From an uncultured bacterium (GTDB taxonomy: Bacteria > Desulfobacterota > Deferrimicrobia > Deferrimicrobiales > Deferrimicrobiaceae), in assembly GCA_963764045.1 (NCBI GenBank), contig CAVXQW010000003.1, positions 4,647 through 68,646 on the forward strand: a DNA stretch of 64,000 nt. The letters run 5' to 3'. The position numbers were made by a program, and so were the translations under genes. Below are positions 9,459 through 17,549 of the stretch, in pieces (positions within the stretch are counted from its first letter, which is position 1; every line of letters begins with the position of its first letter). The notes under the pieces are model-generated. The model saw only the letters and a program-made list of their open reading frames with translations, was not told where the DNA came from and ran no database searches.

Positions 9459-10623
9459 TCACCTCCCAGGTCGGCGCTTCAGTACCTCGAGGGAATAGAA
9501 GGTGTCCCTCCACCGGACGCCTCCCCGGCGGAGCGTGATAACCGCCGAGCGCCAGAGCGCATAGAGATACGAACATCGCGGCGGCCGGGAGGACGGGAGC
9601 GAGGAGCCACCCGTTCCGCTGGAAGGATGCGAAGTATCCGAAGATCCCGTGCATCAGGAGCACCGAAATGGCGTACCCGGAGACACGGGCGTCGCGGAAG
9701 GAGAGTACCCCCAGGTAGGGGACCGCGTAAAACAGGAATACAAGGACCGTGACGAGGAGCAGGAAGGGGATCGAATACCCGAGCGCGGCAAAACCGTTCT
9801 TCTCGAGCCCACGGATGAATCCCCCCACGCCCTCCTGCCAGCGGAGACGCAGGTGGTCGGAGGCGATCAGGGCCTCCTGTCGGAACCCCGCCTGCTTGAG
9901 CTTCTTTCCGAGCATGAGGTCGTCGGCGACTTCGAGACGGAGGGTTTCGTGGCCGCCGATCGCCTCGTAGGCCGTCCGCCGCAGGAGGTTGAAGGCCCCG
10001 ATGCCGACGTAGACGTCCTTCGACGCCGAACCGGCCGCCCATGCCTTCACCCCCACGATGAAGAGCATCGCGAAGTAGCTTTTCGCGGCGTCCTCCCAGT
10101 AGCCGCCAGGAACGAGGCCGGGCAGGAGGGCCAGGTGATCGAGCTTCCGTGCGAGGAGGTAGCGGACCGCGAGACGGAGGGTGTCCGGGGCGAAAACGAC
10201 GTCGCCATCGGTGAACAGAAGAATCTCCCCATCGGCCAGCCGTGCCCCCGCCTGCATCGCGTGGCACTTCCCCAGCCAACCCTCGGGCAGCTCCGCGATG
10301 TGGAGGGACCGCACCCGCGGCTCTCTTGCCGCCATGCGATCCATGATGGCACCGGTAGCGTCCGTGGACCGGTCGTCCACGGCGATCACCTCGAGATCCG
10401 GATAGTCGAGGTTCGCCAGAGACCTCAGGGCCTCTTCGACCCGCATCGCTTCGTTCCGCGCGGGAACCACCACGGAGACTTTCGGCCACATCGGCGGATC
10501 CTGCAACGCCCCGGCCCGGTCCGCGAGCCTGCTTCCACGGAGAAAACGGATCGTGCGGACCGTGGAATCCGCCCAGACCAAGGCGACGATCCATCCAGTC
10601 GCCAGGAGAAGCCACCAGGCCAT
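9459..10623 (-). CDS. Glycosyltransferase family 2, membrane-bound (frameshift near 9570)
   Basis: VVVPARNE, VDDRSTD, WLGK, FTDGD, EVADD. The natural tail LYALWRSAVITLRRGGVRWRDTFYSL...* is in the shifted frame (stop 9459-9461). Confidence 0.85.
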
Positions 10624-10694
10624 TTCTCCTCCCGGGTTAACCTGCGGTCTGTCTTCATCGGCGGTGATACAGACCGGAATGGATTGCCAATCAT

Positions 10695-10723
10695 AAAGTA
10701 GCGGCCATTTGCCGGGCTGTCAA
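10695..10723 (-). promoter_or_regulatory. Putative sigma70 promoter for the GT2 gene
   Basis: Minus strand TTGACA-17 nt-TACTTT, about 70 nt upstream of the ATG. Confidence 0.5.
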
Positions 10724-10879
10724 AGCGAAACGGGTTCCCCGTCGTTGTGCCAATCTTCCAATGTCCGGAATTTGAACGCGGTGATCCGTGATGAGTCCGA
10801 GGGAGAGGAAGGATTCGTTTCGAAGCCGGGGGGGTCACCCTCCGCGCAACCCGCGGTGGTGCCCCCCCGATCCGCGTTG

Positions 10880-11587
10880 CTAGACGTCCGTCAGCAGATG
10901 CGTCTTCGCCAGATCCGCCCACTGGTCGCCGCCAAGGATCCGCGCGATCCCGTCCAGAGGGAGACCGCCGTCCTGCATCACCGGCCCCAGGGCTTCGTGC
11001 CGGATCGGGTGGAGGTTCTCCAGCGAGGTCTCCATCCACGCCTTGGCCACCTTCCCCGAAAGAAGGTTCCGGGTGTCCGCCGCGATCCGGTCGGATTTCA
11101 CCTTGAGCAGCCAGCCCTCCCCGTACGGATCCCGGCTCAGGATCTCGGGGGACCGCAACACCGCCTCGTTCACCGCCACGACCTCGCCATCCACCGGCGA
11201 CAGCATCGGGATGGCCTTGGAATCGACCATGAGGCTCCACCCCTTGTCCCCCTGCCTCAGGCGGGAGCCCACGGCGGGGAGCACGACGGCGTCCACCTTC
11301 CCGATCAGCTTCTGCGCGAAGTCGTCCAGCCCGACCTTCACCAATCGCTGGCGGTTGGGGCTCATGAGGTCCACCTTCATCCAGGTATGCCCCTGGTGGA
11401 AGCCGTACCCCTCGGGGACGCGGAACCATTCGGGAAGGCCGGCAAGCAGGCCCGGGGTCTTTTCCTTCCCGGGAGCGGGCGTCAGGATGTACCGCTGCAG
11501 GGCCAGGAACCCGAAGAAGAACACCGCGGCGATCAGGTACTCGATCCCCTTCGTCGAATAGATGTCTATGAGGCTGAAACCTTCCAT
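10880..11587 (-). CDS. Membrane-anchored GcvH-fold (glycine cleavage H-like) protein 1
   Basis: N-terminal TM helix; GHTW, VKVGLDDFAQKLIG, LSPVDGEVVAVN, DPYGEGWL; C-terminal G..xDGG extension. Confidence 0.85.
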   Translation of the reverse strand: MEGFSLIDIYSTKGIEYLIAAVFFFGFLALQRYILTPAPGKEKTPGLLAGLPEWFRVPEGYGFHQGHTWMKVDLMSPNRQRLVKVGLDDFAQKLIGKVDAVVLPAVGSRLRQGDKGWSLMVDSKAIPMLSPVDGEVVAVNEAVLRSPEILSRDPYGEGWLLKVKSDRIAADTRNLLSGKVAKAWMETSLENLHPIRHEALGPVMQDGGLPLDGIARILGGDQWADLAKTHLLTDV

Positions 11588-12873
11588 CGCACTACCTCCG
11601 CGCCGTCAAGGTTGTTGAGGTTTTTCTCTTCCGACTTGAAGTCCGGGTGCTCTCCGAGGATCGGCATACGGTTGATGACCCACTGGAATACCCAGAGCTC
11701 CATGCTGATGACCGCCAGCGTGATCCAGATCTCCATCCAGGACGGGTAATACCGAACCGCCTCGTACCACTTGAACGCGATCACGGAGATGTTCATCCGG
11801 TTGAGGATCACGCCGAAGGCCGTGAGGAACGCGGTGATCTGGACGAGTTTTATGCTTTGCCTCCGGATGGCGACGACGTAGAGGACGAGGGGAACCAGGG
11901 TGAACCCGGCGACCTCGACGAGATACCAGAGCCCCATCGGGGTGAGGAGCAACCCCAGGTGATGGCCGTGCGTCAGGTCGATCACCTTCAGGAACAGGTA
12001 GGCGGCCATGACGCTGGCCGACCCCTTCGCGAGGCCGAGGAGGATCTTGTTGTGCGACGCCCGATGGGATTCGTCGAGCCGGTCGGAGAAGATCTTGTGC
12101 GTGAACATGCTCTCGATGATGATCAGCGAAAACCCCGCGAACATGCTCGAGATGAAGAACAGGACCGGGATGTTGCTCGAGTACCAGAGGGGATGGATCT
12201 TGGAGGGCGCGGTGAGGAACAGGGCGCCCAGCCCCGCCTGGTGCAGTGTCGACAGCGTCACGCCCAGGATGACGGTGGCGGTGGTCATCTTCTCGATGAT
12301 CCGCCGCGCCTTGACCCATTTCAGCCACTCGGCGATCGCGGGGGAGACCTCGATGAAGAGGCACATGTTGTACAGGAGGAAGTGCCAGGCGACCAGGAAG
12401 AGCACCGACCCGTACCCGAAGTCGTTCCCGATGATGGGATTGACGACGTTCCAGGGGCGTCCCAGGTCGAGCAGGAGGGCGCCGCTGTAGAAGACGTAGG
12501 CCAGAAAACCGTTCAGCACGGTTGCCCGCACGATCGGCTCGTACTTCTTGATCTTCAGGATGTGCACGGCGAAGGTCAGGATGTACGCGCCTCCCGCGAA
12601 GGCGACGCCTGTCACGACGTCGAAGCCGATCCAGATCCCCCAGGGATACGCCTGGGAGAGGTTCGTCACGGCGCCGAGCCCCTTGACGAGACGGATGCCG
12701 ATGAGGATGATCCCGCCCAGGATGATGATCCCGGTGATGATGTTGAACGGCGTCAGGATCTTCCCCTTGGGTTTCAGCTCCTGCCAGAAGAATTGCAGGA
12801 ACCCCTTCAGGGTTCCCGTGTCCGGGGCTGCCGGCGTGCCGGGGATGGGCATCGACTCGATGTTACTCTTCAT
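11566..12873 (-). CDS. NrfD/PsrC family membrane subunit (HybB/HmcC-like)
   Basis: GLGAVTNLSQAYPWGIWIGFDV, LLDLGRPW, STLHQAGLG, about 10 TM helices, YYPSWME. Confidence 0.9.
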   Translation of the reverse strand: MKSNIESMPIPGTPAAPDTGTLKGFLQFFWQELKPKGKILTPFNIITGIIILGGIILIGIRLVKGLGAVTNLSQAYPWGIWIGFDVVTGVAFAGGAYILTFAVHILKIKKYEPIVRATVLNGFLAYVFYSGALLLDLGRPWNVVNPIIGNDFGYGSVLFLVAWHFLLYNMCLFIEVSPAIAEWLKWVKARRIIEKMTTATVILGVTLSTLHQAGLGALFLTAPSKIHPLWYSSNIPVLFFISSMFAGFSLIIIESMFTHKIFSDRLDESHRASHNKILLGLAKGSASVMAAYLFLKVIDLTHGHHLGLLLTPMGLWYLVEVAGFTLVPLVLYVVAIRRQSIKLVQITAFLTAFGVILNRMNISVIAFKWYEAVRYYPSWMEIWITLAVISMELWVFQWVINRMPILGEHPDFKSEEKNLNNLDGAEVVRWKVSAS

Positions 12874-13774
12874 GGTGGTTCTCCTTCCCGCCCTCTTCCT
12901 CTTTGTCGGAAATGAGGTAATTGAAACCGAACAGGACCGCCGGCCAGAGGATGTCCACGAGAGGAACGGAGGACAGGAATCCGGACGTCAGTTCCGGGTA
13001 ATGCTTCGTTCCCAGGTCGGTCCGGAAGGCGAGCTTTTCGAACGGGACGGCCGAGAGGTACATGTAGCCCGTTCCCCCGACTTCATGTTCCCCGTAGATG
13101 TGCGGATAGTACCGGTCCGGGTTCTGGTAGATCCTTTTCTTGGCTTCCTCGATCAGATCCCGCCGCTTTCCGAACAGGGTCGCACCCTCGGGACAGGCTT
13201 CCGCGCACGCGGTCTGTTCCCCCTTCGCCACGCGGTCGGGGCATCCGATGCACTTCTTCACGAACGGCGAAGCCTTGTCGTATTCGAACTTCGGGATATC
13301 GAAGGGGCAGGAAACCATGCAATATCGGCATCCCATGCAGCGATCCTTGTGGTAGACGGTCGGTCCTTCGGGCATCTTCTCCATCGCCTTGCACAGGCAG
13401 GCCGAGGCGCAGGAAGGCTCGGTGCAATGCATGCACTGCTTCCGGACGAAGATCGGCTTCTCCGGGCTCTTCTCGTTCTGGAACCGGTTAACGACAACGT
13501 AGGCGTCCGGGGTCGTATCCCTCTTCTTCTCGAACACGCTCTCGCTCGAAAAGGAAACCTTCGGCGCGGGCAGACTGTTCTGCGCGTTGCACGCCTCCTC
13601 GCAGGCGCGGCAGCCGATGCACTTGGTCGTGTCGATGAGGAGCCCGTAGAACTCCATGCCACCTCCCGAGGTCGTCGGGGTCTGCGCGGTCCGGGCCGTC
13701 TTGGCCCCCCCGGCGAGCAGGATGCCGCCGGCCGCCCCCGCGACCTTCAGGAAGTTCCGTCTGTTGATGCCCAT
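12863..13774 (-). CDS. Tat-exported 4x[4Fe-4S] ferredoxin subunit (HybA/HmcB-like)
   Basis: RRNFLK Tat motif; CIGCRACEEAC, CMHCTEPSCASAC, CMGCRYCMVSCP, CIGC...ACAEACP; YGEHEVGGT; C-terminal TM helix. Confidence 0.92.
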   Translation of the reverse strand: MGINRRNFLKVAGAAGGILLAGGAKTARTAQTPTTSGGGMEFYGLLIDTTKCIGCRACEEACNAQNSLPAPKVSFSSESVFEKKRDTTPDAYVVVNRFQNEKSPEKPIFVRKQCMHCTEPSCASACLCKAMEKMPEGPTVYHKDRCMGCRYCMVSCPFDIPKFEYDKASPFVKKCIGCPDRVAKGEQTACAEACPEGATLFGKRRDLIEEAKKRIYQNPDRYYPHIYGEHEVGGTGYMYLSAVPFEKLAFRTDLGTKHYPELTSGFLSSVPLVDILWPAVLFGFNYLISDKEEEGGKENHHEE

Positions 13775-13801
13775 CTCCCTTTCCTCCCGTGGTATGCGAC
13801 G

Positions 13802-14479
13802 TTAGCGAAAATATTTCCGTATCGCGATCTGCAGGATCTCTCCGTCCATCGTCTCCATGACTCCCTCGGCATGACTCCCCCCGTCCGGCAGGGTGGCCCC
13901 CACTTCCACGGGCACCGCCTGGTGCAGGGTGAGGAACTCGGTGAAACTGCGGGCTTCCCGTTCCAGCCACGCCGCGGCCTCCGCGCCGATCCGGAGCTTC
14001 TTCAGGTCCCGGGAGAGGTTCGACGGCCGGAGCATGAACGCCCATCCCTTCTCGTACGGCTCCTTCCGCGCCGCCGCCGGATCGGCGTTGATCCGCTCGT
14101 TCACCGCGCAGACGACGCCGTCGACGGGGGACACGAACTCGATCCGCTTGCCCGACTGGATGGCGGCGAACGCCGGCTCGCCCTGGCGAAGCGTCGTCCC
14201 GTCCGGGGGAAGCTCGAACCGGTCGACCCTTCCGAGGATCCCCTGCGCGAACCCGTCCAGCCCCACCTGCATGGCGCCGGAGGCATCGAGCTTCCCCCAG
14301 GTGTGGCCGCTGTGGACAAACAGGCCGCCGGGGAGTTCCTGCGCCGCATGGGAGGGGAACAGCGCCGCGGCCGGCTCACGGACGGTCCGGGCTTCCGCCG
14401 CCGCTTTCTCCCTCCGACGGATGGACAGATCCACCGCGACACATCCAAGAACCGTGAGTATGACAAGAAGGACGACCAT
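13802..14479 (-). CDS. Membrane-anchored GcvH-fold protein 2
   Basis: N-terminal hydrophobic helix; HSGHTW, VGLDGFAQGILG, VSPVDGVVCAVN, EPYEKGW, GATLPDGG. Confidence 0.85.
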   Translation of the reverse strand: MVVLLVILTVLGCVAVDLSIRRREKAAAEARTVREPAAALFPSHAAQELPGGLFVHSGHTWGKLDASGAMQVGLDGFAQGILGRVDRFELPPDGTTLRQGEPAFAAIQSGKRIEFVSPVDGVVCAVNERINADPAAARKEPYEKGWAFMLRPSNLSRDLKKLRIGAEAAAWLEREARSFTEFLTLHQAVPVEVGATLPDGGSHAEGVMETMDGEILQIAIRKYFR

Positions 14480-14495
14480 GGCCCACCTCCCGCTC

Positions 14496-15206
14496 TTACC
14501 CTAGAAATTGACTGACGATCTTTCCCCATTGCGCGTCGTTCAACCGGCTGCTGATATCCGTGAGCGCCTCCCCACCGTCCGTCGCCAGCATCCCCAGATC
14601 GGAAGAGAACACCCTCTGCAGCCGCTCGACCTCGCTCTCGTACCATTTCCGGGCGACGTTCTCGTGGTACAACCCCTTCACCGCGTCCCCCTTGAGCTGC
14701 ATGGAGAAGATCCAGCCCTCGGAGTACGGATCGTCGTTGAGGATCGAGGGATCCGCGGCCACCTTCGGGTTGACGGCCTTGATGACCCCGTTGGCGGGGG
14801 ATACCAGGCGGACGGTCCGCGACCCGGAGTGGAGGAGGAAGCAGACGCTGTTCTCCTTCACCGCCACGCCGACGGCGGGCACCGAGGTGCGGTCGATCCT
14901 TCCGATCAGCCGACCCGAAAAGTCGTCGATCCCCACCCGGGCCTCGCCCTCCGCGCCGTCGAACGGGGCGACCCACAGGTGCTTGGGGTGGTAGTAGTAT
15001 TCCGACTGGAGGCGAAATCCCCGTACGTTCTCCATCCCCTTGGCGGTGCCGTGGACCTCGCTGTACAGGGAGCATTCCTCGAAGTCGCAGGTGTTGCAGA
15101 GACCTTCCGAGGAGGACATCCGGTCCACCGGGATCATCTTCGACGGGAACGCCTTGCAGAACGTCACGGTCTTCGTCTCCAGAAAAGGGCACTTCGTCTC
15201 TTTCAT
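14496..15206 (-). CDS. Soluble GcvH-fold protein 3 with Cys-rich N-terminal domain
   Basis: Five Cys in the first 45 aa; YYHPKHLW, RVGIDDF, VSPANGVIKAVN, DDPYSEGW, GMLATDGG. Confidence 0.82.
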   Translation of the reverse strand: MKETKCPFLETKTVTFCKAFPSKMIPVDRMSSSEGLCNTCDFEECSLYSEVHGTAKGMENVRGFRLQSEYYYHPKHLWVAPFDGAEGEARVGIDDFSGRLIGRIDRTSVPAVGVAVKENSVCFLLHSGSRTVRLVSPANGVIKAVNPKVAADPSILNDDPYSEGWIFSMQLKGDAVKGLYHENVARKWYESEVERLQRVFSSDLGMLATDGGEALTDISSRLNDAQWGKIVSQFLG

Positions 15207-15268
15207 CGCTGCACCCCTTCCCTTCTCCTCTGCTGGTTCGGTTCATCTGCCCGACTCCCACCAACGTC

Positions 15269-15349
15269 TTACGTGCGCTCTTCCCGCGGTTTCACCGCGG
15301 CGATGACCGCCAGAACGATGTATGCGACGCCGATCACCAGGTACCCCAT
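15269..15349 (-). CDS. 26-aa single-TM small protein (MGYLVIGVAYIVLAVIAAVKPREERT)
   Basis: Strong RBS GGAGGAGGT 7 nt upstream; first ORF after the sigma54 promoter; below the ORF-track length cutoff. Confidence 0.6.
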   Translation of the reverse strand: MGYLVIGVAYIVLAVIAAVKPREERT

Positions 15350-15396
15350 CGTTCCCACCTCCTCCCGCGGGGACCACTTCCCGCGCTCCTATCTAG

Positions 15397-15412
15397 AGCA
15401 ATGGTTGTGCCA
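15397..15412 (-). promoter_or_regulatory. Sigma54 (RpoN) -24/-12 promoter
   Basis: Minus strand TGGCAC-AACCA-TTGCT, matching the consensus TGGCAC-N5-TTGCW. Confidence 0.85.
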
Positions 15413-15516
15413 GAACCGGTCCCGGACCCCCAACAGCCGCATAACAATCTGTTTATTAAAGGAGATTACTTGCAGGAGGCCCGTCAGGGAATGGAGGAGG
15501 CCGGAAAGTCAGGGAT

Positions 15517-15597
15517 TGTAGAGATTCTTTACACTTCCGGGGTTGGAATGATTACATGTTGAATTTCCTGAGGATTATGGCGTTGCGAAATTCAACA
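15517..15597. promoter_or_regulatory. Candidate upstream activator sequences for the sigma54 activator
   Basis: TGTA-N9-TACA at 15517-15533 and an 11-bp perfect inverted repeat TGTTGAATTTC (15557-15567) / GAAATTCAACA (15587-15597). Confidence 0.5.
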
Positions 15598-15614
15598 GTG
15601 CGTCGAGATTATCA

Positions 15615-16983
15615 TCACCCCTTCGGCGGCGCCCCTTCCTTCTTCAGGTTGAATTTCTTGATTTTGTTGTAGAGGGTGACCCGGTCGATCCCGAGCGCAT
15701 GGGCGGACCGGACGATATTCCATTGGTTTTCGTTCAGAACCACCCGAATGTGCGCCGTCTCGATCTCCTCGAGCGATTTCGTCCTGTGATTCGCGTCGGA
15801 AGTGGTGGACGGGAGGGTGATGTCGGACTCGGTGACGATGTTCCCCTTCGCCACGACCACCGCCCTCTCGATGACGTTCCGGAGCTCCCGCGCGTTCCCG
15901 GGCCAATCGTTGCCCATCAGGATTCTCACGGCGCCTTCGCTGATCCCGCGGATCTCCTTCCCCATCTCGATGTTGAATTTCTCGATGAAGTGGTCGACCA
16001 GAAGCGGGATGTCCTCCCGCCTCTCCCGCAACGGCGGGATGTGGATGGAGATGACGTTCAGGCGATAATAGAGGTCGGCGCGGAAACGCTCCTCCGCGAT
16101 GGCGGCCGCAAGGTCCCGGTTCGTGGCGGCGAGGATCCGCGAGTTGATGGGGATCAGTTGCGATCCGCCGACCCGCCGGAACTCCTTCTGCTCCAGGACG
16201 CGGAGAAGGTCCATCTGCAGCTTCAGGCTGATGTCCCCGATCTCGTCCAGGAAGAGGGTCCCGTCCTGGGCGAGCTCCAGCTTCCCCCTGTTGAGGACGG
16301 TGGCGCCCGTGAAGGCCCCCTTTTCGTGCCCGAAGAGCTCGCTCTCCAGCAGGCTCTCCGTCAGGGAAGCGCAGGACACGGAGATGAACGGCGCGTCCAT
16401 CCTGGGGCTTTCGTCGTGGATCGCCCGCGCGAGAAGCTCCTTCCCCGTCCCGCTCTCGCCCTGGATGAGGACGGTCGAGCTGCTCTTCGCGACGGTCCGC
16501 AGCCAGGTCGAAGATCTCCAGCATCTTCTCGTTCTTGCTGATCATGTCCCTCAGCTTGTACTGCTTCTTGAGCTCCTTCCGCAAAAACAGGTTCTCCTTG
16601 ACGAGCTTGTGATGGTCCACGATCTTCCGGATCGTCAGGGAGATGTCGTCGGGGTTGAACGGTTTGACGAAATAGTCGTAGGCCCCCTTCTTCATCGCAC
16701 TCACGGCGGTGTCGACCGTCGCGTAGGCGGTCATGATGATGACCAGCATCTCGGGCGCCGTCTTGTGGACCTCGTCCATCAGCTGGATTCCGTCCATCCC
16801 GGGCATCTTCAGATCCACGAGCATCAGGTCCCAGTTCCTCTCGGGGAGGCGCTCCAGCGCTTTCCTGCCGCTCTCCACGGCCTCCACGTGATACCCGTCC
16901 TCCTCGAGCCAGCCGGTCAGCGAAGCCCGGACGATTTCCTCGTCGTCCACCACCATGATGTTGACCTTCTTCTCCATCGTCAT
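15615..16983 (-). CDS. Sigma54-dependent response regulator, NtrC family (frameshift near 16500)
   Basis: Receiver ([14 protein letters not shown]), AAA+ with GAFTGA and LFLDEIG, Fis-type [17 protein letters not shown]. The two halves are in different frames. Confidence 0.9.
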
Positions 16984-17534
16984 CCCTGCCTCTCCGTCGC
17001 GGTGTTATTGGCCGCCACGATCGTCTGGCAACCCCTGCAGAAGTCCCGCCCTCTGGTATCCACGTCCACCACGGTGTTCGAAAGGTACATTACGCAATCC
17101 CTCGACGGACAATGAACGAGACCGAACGTGTGCCCCAGCTCGTGGAGGCTTTCCTTGCGAAGCCTCTCCAGGAGCAGCGGCCGATCCGGCATCAATCCGT
17201 AATGCTCCTGTCGGAGCCGGGCGAGCGAAACGACGGCGGCCGTCCCACCCACCTGCGCCTCCCCGAACACGTACGTCAGGATCGGGATGCACAGATCCTT
17301 GTCCGTCACCCCAAGGAGCTTGAGCGCGTCCTGCGGGACGTTCCCGAGCATCTCCTTGAGGATCTTCGTCGAATAATACTGGTTCCGACGGGCCTCGAAG
17401 CTATCGAGGGGGACGGGGATCGGCATCATGGTCCGGACGGTCGCCATGAGGCAATCACCCATCTCTCTCCTCAGCCATTCGAGGATCCCGTGATCCACCG
17501 CCCCGACAGGCCGGATGTAGATGACGTTGCCGAT
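16980..17534 (-). CDS. Archaemetzincin family Zn metalloprotease
   Basis: RNQY, YVFGEA, HELGHTFGLVHC, CVM Met-turn, FCRGC Cys4 site. Start uncertain (GTG 17498 or ATC 17534). Confidence 0.88.
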   Translation of the reverse strand: MGNVIYIRPVGAVDHGILEWLRREMGDCLMATVRTMMPIPVPLDSFEARRNQYYSTKILKEMLGNVPQDALKLLGVTDKDLCIPILTYVFGEAQVGGTAAVVSLARLRQEHYGLMPDRPLLLERLRKESLHELGHTFGLVHCPSRDCVMYLSNTVVDVDTRGRDFCRGCQTIVAANNTATERQG

Positions 17535-17549
17535 GTTCTCCGCTTTCCT

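Noticed and set aside
10880-15206. Glycine cleavage system or hydrogenase-2 operon
   Set aside because: There are no P/T/L proteins, no canonical lipoyl motif, and no NiFe large/small subunits or maturases in the window.
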